Shown here: piece by piece, positions 50,448-60,675 of the stretch | Position numbering within the stretch: the stretch's first letter is position 1 | Layout: the number at the start of each line of letters is the position of its first letter | Source: an uncultured Staphylococcaceae bacterium | Lineage (GTDB): Bacteria > Bacillota_I > Bacilli_A > ML615J-28 > CAG-313 | Length of the DNA stretch: 64,000 nucleotides | Direction: 5' to 3' | NCBI GenBank assembly: GCA_964541525.1 | Contig: CAZIQF010000007.1 | Location: 11,533-75,532, forward strand | The notes under the pieces: model-generated | What the model was told of the DNA's origin: nothing | Databases searched by the model: none | The model's input: the letters and a program-made list of their open reading frames with translations, nothing else | Made by a program: the position numbers and the translations under genes

Positions 50448-51725
50448 ATGTTTGTAGATAGTGTAAAAATCCATGTAAAAGCTGGTAATGGTGGCGATGG
50501 AATTGTCGCTTTTTTACATGAAAAATATATGGATAAAGGTGGTCCTTCCGGTGGACATGGAGGACGCGGTGGAAGCATCATTTTTGTTGGTGAAGAAGGA
50601 TTAACCACTTTATTAGATTTTAGATTTAATCGAAAAATTGTTGCTGAATCTGGTCAAAAAGGTATGGATTCAAATATGGCGGGAAGAAAAGGCAGCAATG
50701 TTTATGTTAAAGTACCAATTGGAACGACAATTATTAATGCTGAAACTAATAAAGTAATCGGTGATATCACCAAACATAATCAGGAAGTTATTGTTGCACA
50801 TGGAGGACGCGGTGGAAAAGGAAATGCTGCCTTCGCTAGTCCAAGGAATACTACTCCCCAATTTGCTGAAAAAGGAATCAAAGGTGAAGAATTTGATGTT
50901 CAATTAGAATTAAAAGTTTTAGCAGATGTTGGTTTAGTCGGCTTTCCAAGTGTCGGTAAATCAACGCTGATTTCTGTTGTTTCAAAGGCTAAGCCTAAAA
51001 TTGCTTCATATCATTTTACAACTCTTGCTCCTAATTTAGGAGTAGTTGGTGTCGGTGATGGCCGTAGTTTTGTTATGGCTGATTTACCAGGTTTAATCGA
51101 AGGTGCTGCAAGTGGTGCTGGTTTAGGGATTAAATTCTTAAAACATATTGAAAGAACAAAAGTCATTGTTCATATTATTGATATGAGTGCCACAGATGGT
51201 CGTGATCCCGTCAATGATTATTTTGTAATTCGAAAAGAATTAGGTGACTTTAGAGCTGATTTACTGAAGCGTGAAGAAATTGTAGTCGCTAATAAAATGG
51301 ATCTACCAGGAGCCATAGAAAACCTAAAACGCTTTAAAGCCGAAACTCATCTTGAAAATGTTATTGCAATAAGCGCTTATACAAAAGATAATTTGCAAGA
51401 ATTATTATATCAAATTGCTGATACATTAGATAAGGTTCGTCAAAACGCACATTTTGAAACAATTACAGATCAAGTTGTTGAATATACTTTTGAAAAAACT
51501 GGTCCTAAATTCACAATTACTAAAGATGATTCTGGCTTATTTAATGTTGATGGTCCTGCCATTGAAAAGTTGTTTGATCGTACTGATTTTACTAATGAAG
51601 TAAGTACTCGTCAATTTGCCAAAGCATTACGCGATTTAGGTGTTGATGATGAATTAAGAAAACAAGGTGCCAAACAAGGAGATACAATTCTGATTCTAGG
51701 TTATGAATTTGAATTTATTGCATAA
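50448..51725 (+). CDS. obg: GTPase Obg
   Basis: MFVD, Gly-rich N-domain, DVGLVGFPSVGKS, ADLPGL, C-terminal OCT domain; AAGGAGG RBS. Confidence 0.97.
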   Translation: MFVDSVKIHVKAGNGGDGIVAFLHEKYMDKGGPSGGHGGRGGSIIFVGEEGLTTLLDFRFNRKIVAESGQKGMDSNMAGRKGSNVYVKVPIGTTIINAETNKVIGDITKHNQEVIVAHGGRGGKGNAAFASPRNTTPQFAEKGIKGEEFDVQLELKVLADVGLVGFPSVGKSTLISVVSKAKPKIASYHFTTLAPNLGVVGVGDGRSFVMADLPGLIEGAASGAGLGIKFLKHIERTKVIVHIIDMSATDGRDPVNDYFVIRKELGDFRADLLKREEIVVANKMDLPGAIENLKRFKAETHLENVIAISAYTKDNLQELLYQIADTLDKVRQNAHFETITDQVVEYTFEKTGPKFTITKDDSGLFNVDGPAIEKLFDRTDFTNEVSTRQFAKALRDLGVDDELRKQGAKQGDTILILGYEFEFIA

Positions 51726-51733
51726 TAAAATCT

Positions 51734-51763
51734 AAATCCTAAAGTAATATTTAGGATTTTTTT
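51734..51763 (+). terminator. Terminator after obg
   Basis: AAATCCTAAA-gtaata-TTTAGGATTT plus T-tract. Confidence 0.7.
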
Positions 51764-51892
51764 AATGAAAAATAGTATAATACTATTGCACGATACTTTT
51801 ATAGATTGTAGCTTATTAAAATCTTAATTGACTTTAATAAAAATCATATTAAATTTATTTAAATGATATTTTAAAGAAAGAGGAAATTAAAA

Positions 51893-52513
51893 ATGAAAAG
51901 AAAAAAACAAATTTATGAAATGACATTACTTGCCATTTTGACAGGACTAATTGTTTTAATGTCCTTTACACCGATTGGTTACATTAAAACTGCTGGTCTA
52001 GAAATTACCTTACTAGTTATTCCTGTAGTTATTGGTGGAATTACTTTAGGAATTAAGGGTGGAACCTTCTTAGGGTTTGTATTTGGGATTACCAGTTATT
52101 TACAATGTATTTTAGGATTTAGTGTTTTTGGAGCTACTTTAAACAGTATTAATCCCTTTTTAACAATTATTGTTTGTATTGTTCCGAGAACTTTAATGGG
52201 ATTTTTAGTTGGTTTAATTTATCAAACCTTATCTAAGCTAATAAAAAAAGAAATTATTTCGAATCTAATTACTAGCATTTCTGGTGCTTTACTAAATACG
52301 GTTTTATTTATGAGCCTTTTATGTCTATGTTTTTATCAAACAGATTATATTCAAGGATTTAAAGCGACTTTAGGAGCTAACAATGTTATTACTTTTATTC
52401 TTTTATTCGTAGGGATAAATGGATTAATTGAATTATTATTAAATGTCATTGTTGGTTCAACTATTAGTAAGACATTATTAATCATCAATAATAAATATGA
52501 AAAACGAGGTTAA
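51893..52513 (+). CDS. ECF transporter S component (pantothenate-type)
   Basis: Six TM; FTPIGYI, IPVVIGGI.LG, VPRTLMG, LNTVLF. Confidence 0.75.
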   Translation: MKRKKQIYEMTLLAILTGLIVLMSFTPIGYIKTAGLEITLLVIPVVIGGITLGIKGGTFLGFVFGITSYLQCILGFSVFGATLNSINPFLTIIVCIVPRTLMGFLVGLIYQTLSKLIKKEIISNLITSISGALLNTVLFMSLLCLCFYQTDYIQGFKATLGANNVITFILLFVGINGLIELLLNVIVGSTISKTLLIINNKYEKRG

Positions 52514-52671
52514 ACTCGTTTTTATTTTTATATACCATTAAACCCTTCTGAGAGCGTTTGAAATTCAAAAAATGAATAAATATCAATCTCATTTGATATA
52601 ATTTCGCAAATTTTTATCATTTTTGGATAAAATATGATATAATTGTAACAAAGAATTAACGAGGTATAAAA

Positions 52672-55248
52672 ATGTACGAAAATATTGATAAAAATAGTTA
52701 TACACCAATGATGCGTCAATACTTAGAGATTAAAGAAGACTATCCCGATACTTTAGTATTTTTTAGATTAGGTGATTTCTACGAAATGTTTTTTAATGAT
52801 GCGATTGTTGCAAGCAGAGAACTAGAAATCGTATTAACCGCTAGAGATGCAGGAACAAACAACGACAAAGTACCGATGTGTGGTGTACCTTATCATGCAG
52901 TAAATGGATATATTGAAAAATTAAGTCAAAAAGGTTATAAAGTAGCTATTGTGGAACAATTAGAAGAACCAGGTGGAAAGAAGATTGTTCACCGTGATGT
53001 TATTCGTATTATTACCCCAGGGACAAATATTGATGAAACTTATTTGTCCGATAAAAGTAATAATTATATTGGAGCTATTGAACAAATTAATAATCAGTAT
53101 GTCTTGAGTTATATTGATTTATCAACTGGTGATGCTTTAATCACAACTTTTCCAAATAATAAAGACTTGATTATCAGTGAGATTAATAAATTAGGAATTA
53201 AAGAAGTTGTTGTCAGTAGTAATTTTAATCAAGACTTTAAAAACCACCTTACTAAAATTTATGGAATTATTGCTTCAATCAATGATGAATTACAACTTGA
53301 AAGTTATTTGGAATCACTAATTTCACAATTAGATGCTAAGATTATTAATTGTGCTAAACGATTATTATCATATATTATTAAAACGCAAAAACGAACATTA
53401 GTTCATTTAAAGCCTTTTAATCTATATGACAGCAAAGAATACTTAAGACTTGATAATAATGCTGTTCGCAATTTAGAATTAGTCGAATCTTTGAGTGGTA
53501 ATCGTTATAAAAATAATTTATTTGCAATTTTAGATAAATGTTCTACAGCAATGGGATCAAGATTTTTAAAGAAAAGTATTCTATACCCTCTTGTAAATGT
53601 TAATAAAATTAATGAACGTTTAGATCTTATTGCTGAATTTCATAAGCATTATTTGATTACTGAAGACATTAAAAAGTTGTTATTAGATGTTTATGATTTA
53701 GAACGAATAGTCGGTAGAATCAGTTTTGGTAATCCCAATCCTAAAGATTTATTACAACTAAAAAAATCATTTAAAGTTTTACCAGAAATTAAGAACAAAC
53801 TTCTAAAACTAAATGGTAAAGTTAGCACTAAACTAAGTAATCAAATTGAAACATTTGATGAATTATGTGCTGAATTAGAATCTGCGATTCGTGAAGACGC
53901 TCCATATATTTTAAAAGATGGTGGAATCATTAAAACTGGCTACAATGAAGAGTTAGATAAAATTAAAAATGTTGAAGCGACAAATAAAGAATTTTTGCTG
54001 AATTTAGAAATTCGTGAACGTGAAAGAACTGGAATTAAAGGGTTAAAAGTCGGTTATAATCGTGTTTTTGGCTATTATATAGAAGTTACAAAATCATATT
54101 TGCCTTTAGTTAAAGATGAATATGGTTATATCCGTAAACAAACTACATCAAATTCAGAACGTTATATCACCGAAGAACTAAAAGAGCGTGAGGCTTTAAT
54201 CTTAAGAAGTGGTGAATTAGCTCTTAATTTGGAAATTGAATTATTTAATCAACTAAAGAATAAATGTAAGGCTCTAACTGCTAATATTCAAGTTTTAGCC
54301 AATATCATTTCGTTAATCGATATGCAAATTGTGCTTGCAACCATTGCAAAAGAACGCAAATATGTGCGTCCTGAATTTAGTCATTATCAGGAATTAGAAA
54401 TTAAGGATGGCCGTCATCCGGTTATCGAAGTTGTCAGTAACAAAGAATTTATACCTAATGATGTAACTTTATATAATGATGAAAAAATTTTATTAATCAC
54501 TGGTCCTAATATGTCCGGTAAGAGTACTTATATGCGTCAAACTGCATTAATCAGTATTATGGCACAAATGGGATCCTACGTTCCATGTAGTAAGGCCTTA
54601 CTTCCTGTTTATGATCAAATTTTCACTCGAATTGGTTCAAGCGATGATATTGCTCAAGGTGAGTCTACTTTTATGACAGAAATGTTGGAAGTTAATCAAG
54701 CTCTACAAAATGCAACAATGTGTTCATTAATTATTTTGGATGAAGTAGGAAGAGGTACTGCTACTTTTGATGGTATGGCCCTTGCTCAGGCGATTATCGA
54801 ATATATTCATGATGTAATCGGTGCTAAAACCTTTTTTTCTACCCATTATCATGAACTTACAAATTTAGATAAAAGTTTAAATAGTTTGCGTAATGTTCAT
54901 GTTGAGGCTAATGCCGATAACTTTAATGAGACTGGTGAATTAATCTTTCTCCACAAAGTTTTGCCTGGTGCAACAGATCAAAGCTATGGAATCAATGTTG
55001 CCTCTCTTGCAAAAATTCCGATTGAAGTAACGATTAGAGCCAAAGATATTCTATCTAAACTAGAAAATAAAAATCAATATGATTCAGAATTATTGTCAAA
55101 AGATAATTATCAAGAACCAATTATTATTAAAGAATTGAATCCTAAAGAACAAGCGATTATTGATGAACTAAAACAGTTAGATACTGATTCATTAAAACCA
55201 CTTGATGCTTTAATAATTTTAAATAAATGGAAGGAAAATATTGACTAA
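52672..55248 (+). CDS. mutS: DNA mismatch repair protein MutS
   Basis: TPMMRQY, FFRLGDFYEMF, ITGPNMSGKST, ILDEVGRG, THYHEL. Confidence 0.98.
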   Translation: MYENIDKNSYTPMMRQYLEIKEDYPDTLVFFRLGDFYEMFFNDAIVASRELEIVLTARDAGTNNDKVPMCGVPYHAVNGYIEKLSQKGYKVAIVEQLEEPGGKKIVHRDVIRIITPGTNIDETYLSDKSNNYIGAIEQINNQYVLSYIDLSTGDALITTFPNNKDLIISEINKLGIKEVVVSSNFNQDFKNHLTKIYGIIASINDELQLESYLESLISQLDAKIINCAKRLLSYIIKTQKRTLVHLKPFNLYDSKEYLRLDNNAVRNLELVESLSGNRYKNNLFAILDKCSTAMGSRFLKKSILYPLVNVNKINERLDLIAEFHKHYLITEDIKKLLLDVYDLERIVGRISFGNPNPKDLLQLKKSFKVLPEIKNKLLKLNGKVSTKLSNQIETFDELCAELESAIREDAPYILKDGGIIKTGYNEELDKIKNVEATNKEFLLNLEIRERERTGIKGLKVGYNRVFGYYIEVTKSYLPLVKDEYGYIRKQTTSNSERYITEELKEREALILRSGELALNLEIELFNQLKNKCKALTANIQVLANIISLIDMQIVLATIAKERKYVRPEFSHYQELEIKDGRHPVIEVVSNKEFIPNDVTLYNDEKILLITGPNMSGKSTYMRQTALISIMAQMGSYVPCSKALLPVYDQIFTRIGSSDDIAQGESTFMTEMLEVNQALQNATMCSLIILDEVGRGTATFDGMALAQAIIEYIHDVIGAKTFFSTHYHELTNLDKSLNSLRNVHVEANADNFNETGELIFLHKVLPGATDQSYGINVASLAKIPIEVTIRAKDILSKLENKNQYDSELLSKDNYQEPIIIKELNPKEQAIIDELKQLDTDSLKPLDALIILNKWKENID

Positions 55249-57110
55249 TGCAAACTTCAAGAATTAAAGAGTTATCGAAAGAAATCACTAATCTAATCTC
55301 TGCTGGTGAAGTAGTTGAACGTCCAGCGAGTGTCGTTAAAGAATTAATTGAAAATAGTTTAGATGCAAAAGCAACTGATATTAAAATTGAACTTACTGAA
55401 AGTGGACTTACAAGAATTTGTGTTTTAGATAATGGCCAAGGGATGACAAAAGCCGAAATTCCAATGTCCGTTAAAAAATACGCAACAAGTAAAATTACCA
55501 ATGCTGATGATTTATTTAACATTATGACTTTGGGATTTAGAGGAGAAGCTCTACCTTCAATTATCAGTGTTTCAAAAACAACAATTACCTCAAGTATTGA
55601 TGGAATCGGTGGTTATAGTTTTAGTTATCATGGTTCAACACTAATTAGTGAAAAACAAGTCAGTATGAATAAGGGAACAAAAGTCGAAGTTGAAAATCTT
55701 TTCTTTAACACTCCCGCTAGATTAAAACATTTAGGCACTGAACAAGCGGAATTATCACACATTACAACGCTTGTAAACCGAATCGCAATCGCTAATCCAA
55801 CTTGTTCATTTACTTTAAATAACAATGGTAAAACCATTTATCAAACTGATGGTAGTGGCGATATTGTCACTCTGATTGCTAAAACCTATGGTAATATCGT
55901 TGCCGAAAATTTAATTTATTTTGAAAATAAAAATGATCTATATACAATTAAAGGATACACGACTAATAATAATGTCTTTAGGTCAAATAAAAACTATATT
56001 AATGTAATTATTAATAACCGTATTATTCGCAACATCAACATGATTTATGCTGTTTGCGATGCTTATCAATCTATTATTCCAATCGGTAAATATCCGATTA
56101 CGATTCTTGAAATTAATTGTGATTATGCTTTAATCGATGTTAATGTACATCCTTCAAAATTAGAAATTAGGTTCACAAACGAACAAGCTTTAAGAGATTT
56201 AATTACTAGAACTATTCTCTTAACCATTAAAAATACTGAATTAATCTATAATGCAAAGGCTTTGGATTTAAAAGATAACCAAGTATTACAAGAAGCAAAT
56301 AATGTCGTTCAAGAAGAACCAGTTATTGTTTATACTGAAGAACAAACTCCAAAAGTTGAAGAAGAAGTTCTTGCTAATCACCAGTCAGAATCAATCGATA
56401 CCCTTTGGGATTTATATGAAGATGATGAACAAAATTCCGATGCAGATACAGAAGAAGATAATGGTGAAGAGGTTGAAGATCAAGTGATTAAGCAAGAAAA
56501 TCAAATATCATTAAACCTAAAAAATGGTCGATTTCATGCTTTTCGCTATATTGGACAGTATAATCAAACCTATCTACTATTTGAAGATGATGATAATTTA
56601 TATTTAATTGATCAACACGCAGCGATGGAAAGAATTATGTATGAGAAAATTAAAAAATCCTTTAGTGATAATGCTGTCAAATTAGTTGAACTTCTAATTC
56701 CGTTAAAAATTGATTTAAGCGTAGCCGAAATTCCTCTATTAATTGCAAAAACGAAAGAATTAGCCGAAATTGGGATTATTTTTGAACAATTTGGTGGTAC
56801 AACAATTTTAGTTAGACAAATTCCAACATGGATACCACAAAAATTATCCTATGAATTTATCCTAGATATCATCAATCATCTAATAAACAATCAAAATGGA
56901 TCTAAAAGTGTAATGTATGAATCGCTTGCTAAGCAACTTGCTTGTAAAAAATCAATTAAAGCTCACACCAATATCTTACCAGAAGAGGTAAATACGTTAC
57001 TTCATGATCTAGATTGTTGTGACATACCTTATACTTGTCCCCATGGTAGACCGACTCTTGTAAAGATTACTACCTACGAAATTGAAAAAATGTTTAAGCG
57101 AGTAATCTAA
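55248..57110 (+). CDS. mutL: DNA mismatch repair endonuclease MutL
   Basis: AGEVVERP..ELIENSLDA, GFRGEAL, DQHAAMER, ACK, CPHGRP. Confidence 0.97.
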   Translation: MQTSRIKELSKEITNLISAGEVVERPASVVKELIENSLDAKATDIKIELTESGLTRICVLDNGQGMTKAEIPMSVKKYATSKITNADDLFNIMTLGFRGEALPSIISVSKTTITSSIDGIGGYSFSYHGSTLISEKQVSMNKGTKVEVENLFFNTPARLKHLGTEQAELSHITTLVNRIAIANPTCSFTLNNNGKTIYQTDGSGDIVTLIAKTYGNIVAENLIYFENKNDLYTIKGYTTNNNVFRSNKNYINVIINNRIIRNINMIYAVCDAYQSIIPIGKYPITILEINCDYALIDVNVHPSKLEIRFTNEQALRDLITRTILLTIKNTELIYNAKALDLKDNQVLQEANNVVQEEPVIVYTEEQTPKVEEEVLANHQSESIDTLWDLYEDDEQNSDADTEEDNGEEVEDQVIKQENQISLNLKNGRFHAFRYIGQYNQTYLLFEDDDNLYLIDQHAAMERIMYEKIKKSFSDNAVKLVELLIPLKIDLSVAEIPLLIAKTKELAEIGIIFEQFGGTTILVRQIPTWIPQKLSYEFILDIINHLINNQNGSKSVMYESLAKQLACKKSIKAHTNILPEEVNTLLHDLDCCDIPYTCPHGRPTLVKITTYEIEKMFKRVI

Positions 57111-58018
57111 TGCAAAAAGTAGTTATAATTACTGGACCAACTGCGGTGGGTAAAACTAAATGTTCTTTAGCAATTGCAAAACATTTTAATACTGAGCTAA
57201 TTAATGGAGATGCTTATCAAGTTTATCAAAAAATGAATATCGGCACTGCTAAACCGAGTTTAGAGGAATTGAGTTTGATAAAACATCATCTAATTGATTT
57301 CATCGCTCCAGATGAGACTTTTAGTGTGGCTGATTATCAAAAAAAGGTTAGACAAATTTTAGATGAGTTTAAAAATAAAGCAATGATACCAATTATTGTC
57401 GGTGGAAGTGGTTTATATTTAGAAAGTGTCATTTGTGATTATACTTTTAGTGGCAACAAGCGTGACGATTCATTTGAACAACAATATAGCGAATATGACA
57501 ATCAATCATTATATTCGTTATTACAAAAAAACAACCCTAATCTTGCAGTAAATATTCATCCAAACAATCGAAAACGCGTATTAAGAGCCTTAGAACTAAC
57601 AAATAGTAATAATACCAAAGGCATAAATAAGAAAACAATGCTGTATGATGCATTAGTAATCTTCCTAAATGATGATCGTGAAAGACTTTATACCCGGATT
57701 AATAATCGCGTTGATAAAATGGTTGAACAAGGATTAATAGAAGAAGTAAAAAGTTTATATCCAGATAAACTAAGTTTGACTGCAAAAGCAGCAATTGGTT
57801 ATAAAGAATTATTTTCCTATTTTGATGGTGAAATAACACTAGATGAAGCTATTGCAAAAATCAAGCAAGCATCGCGAAATTATGCCAAAAGACAACTAAC
57901 TTGGTTTAGAAATAAAGAATATGTTAAAATTGTTGATATTGATGACTCTAACTTTGAAAATACAATTGAAAAAGTCCAAACTTTAATTAATGATTTTCTA
58001 TATAAACAAATAAACTAA
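57110..58018 (+). CDS. miaA: tRNA dimethylallyltransferase
   Basis: GPTAVGKT, IGTAKP, VGGSGLY, AIGYKE, YAKRQLTWF. Confidence 0.97.
   Translation: MQKVVIITGPTAVGKTKCSLAIAKHFNTELINGDAYQVYQKMNIGTAKPSLEELSLIKHHLIDFIAPDETFSVADYQKKVRQILDEFKNKAMIPIIVGGSGLYLESVICDYTFSGNKRDDSFEQQYSEYDNQSLYSLLQKNNPNLAVNIHPNNRKRVLRALELTNSNNTKGINKKTMLYDALVIFLNDDRERLYTRINNRVDKMVEQGLIEEVKSLYPDKLSLTAKAAIGYKELFSYFDGEITLDEAIAKIKQASRNYAKRQLTWFRNKEYVKIVDIDDSNFENTIEKVQTLINDFLYKQIN
57887..57996 (+). repeat. Direct repeat copy 1 (miaA 3' end)
   Basis: 110 bp, 6 mismatches versus 58430-58539. Confidence 0.95.
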
Positions 58019-58429
58019 TGCCCCGATGATCAAATAGTTCGATTTTCGGGGTTTTTTTGACTTTTTAAGCACATTTATAAAAAATAAAGCTTTTTCAATT
58101 TGGACCTCATCACTTTGTACTTAGAAGTGTGTCTGAAATACTAACACAATTCTCAATTATATAAGTGTGTTTGATAAAGGAAGAATAATTAAATTTGTAC
58201 TTATTGTTGCACTTTAGATTGCAGTACCTATTTTAGAAGAATGGGTTAAATCACAAATATAAAAAACGCCTCAATTAAGAGACGTTAATATTAGAAATCT
58301 AAAATATTGTCATTAAAAAAGATTGAAAACGCAATGGGTTTTAAGGGTTTACCCACAAAACACTCATTCTAAAAGTAATTAAATAATAGTCTAATACATA
58401 TTATATTCATTTTAAATACAAAACATGTA
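57997..58429. mobile_element. Putative residual scar of an element integrated into the miaA 3' end
   Basis: 433 bp without an intact ORF, bracketed by the miaA-end direct repeats. Confidence 0.5.
58021..58058 (+). terminator. Terminator after miaA
   Basis: CCCCGA...TCGGGG plus T7. Confidence 0.7.
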
Positions 58430-58539
58430 AAAAGACAACTAATTTGGTTTATAAATAAAGAATATGTTAAAATTGTTGATATTGATGCCTCTAACTTTGA
58501 AAATACAAGTGAAAAAGTCAAAGCTTTAATTAATGATTT
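58430..58539 (+). repeat. Direct repeat copy 2 (orphan miaA 3' fragment)
   Basis: Translates KRQLIWFINKEYVKIVDIDASNFENTSEKVKALINDF, nearly identical to the MiaA C-terminus. Confidence 0.95.
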
Positions 58540-58544
58540 CTTAA

Positions 58545-58570
58545 AAGTCCTAGTTTATAGGGCTTTTTTT
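58545..58570 (+). terminator. Terminator after the duplicated miaA end
   Basis: AAGTCCTA-gttta-TAGGGCTT plus T-tract. Confidence 0.7.
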
Positions 58571-58574
58571 ATAT

Positions 58575-58603
58575 GAATAATCACATTAAATTTTGAATAT
58601 ATT
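58575..58603 (+). promoter_or_regulatory. sigmaE-type promoter candidate for dacB-spmAB
   Basis: GAATAAT-14 bp-AATATATT (first -10 base deviates from C). Confidence 0.5.
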
Positions 58604-58620
58604 ATGATAGGTGAATTATT

Positions 58621-59460
58621 GTGAAACGAACTTTTATTATTTATCTATTAATCATAACCTTCGTTTTTATGGTCGGTTTTTCAACTAGGCCTAAAGATAC
58701 ATTAGCATCATCAATTCCATATCCTGATTATCCTGCAGAGGCGATGATAGCATTATCTTTAAATGATAATGAAGTTTTTTACCAAAAAAATATGCACAAG
58801 GTAATGTTACCTGCCTCATTAACTAAAGTCCTTACGGCAATTCTATCGATTAATCTCTATCAACTTGATGATTATGTAATAATCACAAATGAAATGGTTA
58901 ATGTTGAAGGATCAAGAGTATATTTAGAAGTAGGTGACATAATTAGTGTAAAAGATTTATTATATGGTTTAATGCTATGTAGTGGTAATGATTGTGCAAT
59001 GGCTTTAGGATTACATTATAGTGGTAATTTAAACGATTTTGTAATCTTAATGAATGAATTAACTACCAAAATTGGAATGAAAAATTCTACTTTCAATAAT
59101 CCGCATGGATTAGATACTACAACTGAAAATTATACAACTGCCTATGATTTAGCTATTTTATTTAGTTATGCGATGAAAAATGAAACATTTAGAATGATTA
59201 CAGAAACTAAAAATTATCATAGTGAAATTTATAGCGAAAAAAATATTTATTTCAAAAATAAACATCGACTGATTCATTCTTTAACTAATGTTATTGGTGG
59301 CAAAACTGGTTATACCAAAAAAGCCAAAAGAACCTTAATTACTGGTTTTAAAGAAGAAGATCAAGAAATTGTTATTGTTACTTTGAATGCTAGTTCAGAT
59401 TGGTTTATTCATCAAGATTTAAGTGAAAGAATTTTTTCTAATTTAGAAGTCGGTTTTTAG
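58621..59460 (+). CDS. dacB: D-Ala-D-Ala carboxypeptidase (S11), DacB-like, no C-terminal PBP5 domain
   Basis: Signal/TM segment, PASLTK (SxxK), SGND (SxN), NPHGLD, GKTGYT; upstream of spmAB. Confidence 0.8.
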   Translation: MKRTFIIYLLIITFVFMVGFSTRPKDTLASSIPYPDYPAEAMIALSLNDNEVFYQKNMHKVMLPASLTKVLTAILSINLYQLDDYVIITNEMVNVEGSRVYLEVGDIISVKDLLYGLMLCSGNDCAMALGLHYSGNLNDFVILMNELTTKIGMKNSTFNNPHGLDTTTENYTTAYDLAILFSYAMKNETFRMITETKNYHSEIYSEKNIYFKNKHRLIHSLTNVIGGKTGYTKKAKRTLITGFKEEDQEIVIVTLNASSDWFIHQDLSERIFSNLEVGF

Positions 59461-59526
59461 AGGATGAATGAATAAAAGTTCAAGTTTTTATTTTTCAATC
59501 GCTTAAAAAAGGGGGATGAAAATAAT

Positions 59527-60108
59527 ATGAATAAAATTTGGTGTTTTTTGTTAATTTTTAGCATTTTGATTAGCATAGTAACAGGGAACATTTATAATCT
59601 AGCTGATATTATGATTGATTCATCAATGAAGGCTTGGAATGTATTTTTACAAGTAGGAATTTTAATTTTATTTTGGGGTGGAATTTTCGAAATTGCAAAT
59701 AATTCAGGACTGGTAAAAATTATTTCCAACAAACTTAAAAAACCATTACATTTAATCTTCAAAGAAATTCCCACTGATTCAAAGGCTTATGAATTTATTT
59801 GTTCAAATATCGTAGCTAACCTCTTAGGTCTAGGAAGTGCAGCTACCCCAATGGGATTAAAAGCCTTTAGAGAAATGCAAAAATTATCAGAAGATCAAAC
59901 TATCCCAACTAGATCTATGATAACATTGATTGCAATTAACTGTAGTTCAATCACAATTGTGCCAACAACAATTATCAGTATGCGTAATTTAAATGGCGGA
60001 ACAACTCCACCATTTGTTATTCTATTAATGATGCTATCTACAATAATTTCGACGATTATTGCATTGTTGTTGGATAGATTATTTTATCATCTAAGTAAAT
60101 TAAAATGA
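59527..60108 (+). CDS. spmA: Spore maturation protein A
   Basis: MNKIW, FWGG, ANLLGLGSAATPMGLKA..EMQK, INCSSITIVPTT. Confidence 0.9.
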   Translation: MNKIWCFLLIFSILISIVTGNIYNLADIMIDSSMKAWNVFLQVGILILFWGGIFEIANNSGLVKIISNKLKKPLHLIFKEIPTDSKAYEFICSNIVANLLGLGSAATPMGLKAFREMQKLSEDQTIPTRSMITLIAINCSSITIVPTTIISMRNLNGGTTPPFVILLMMLSTIISTIIALLLDRLFYHLSKLK

Positions 60109-60599
60109 TTATCATCGTTTTTTATATTTTTTTCATTATTATTTTTGGTATGATTAAAAAAGTAAATTGTTATGAATCCTTTAAATCCGGGGTTAAAAGT
60201 AATTTTAGTATACTTCTAGATATTTTTCCTAATTTAATGGCTTTAGTTCTAGTCGTTGAAGTTTTTAAAAATTCTGGTTTTATTGAATTAATTAATAATT
60301 ATTTAAGTTTTAATCAATTGCCTATCACTCTTTTTATTCAAATATTTTTAAAACCACTATCTTCATCTAGCTCTTTAATTTTTATGCTAGACATTTGGAA
60401 TGAATTTGGTGTAGATAGTAAGGTTGGATTTCTCGCATCAATTTTACAAGGTTGTAGTGATACTACGCTTTATATCATTACTATGTATTTTGCTTCGGTA
60501 AAAATATCTAAAACTAAATATGCACTACCAGTAGGTCTACTAACTGATCTTTTGACTTTTATTATCGTAATTATAATTTATCTGATTTTCTTTAATTAA
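60105..60599 (+). CDS. spmB: Spore maturation protein B
   Basis: YESFKSG, KPLSSS, GCSDTTLYIITMYFASV. Confidence 0.88.
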   Translation: MIIIVFYIFFIIIFGMIKKVNCYESFKSGVKSNFSILLDIFPNLMALVLVVEVFKNSGFIELINNYLSFNQLPITLFIQIFLKPLSSSSSLIFMLDIWNEFGVDSKVGFLASILQGCSDTTLYIITMYFASVKISKTKYALPVGLLTDLLTFIIVIIIYLIFFN

Positions 60600-60675
60600 T
60601 TTTTATTTCCTATTATTCTTGAAAAAAAATTAATTTTTTAGTATAATGGAGATAAATAATAATAAGGAAATAACT

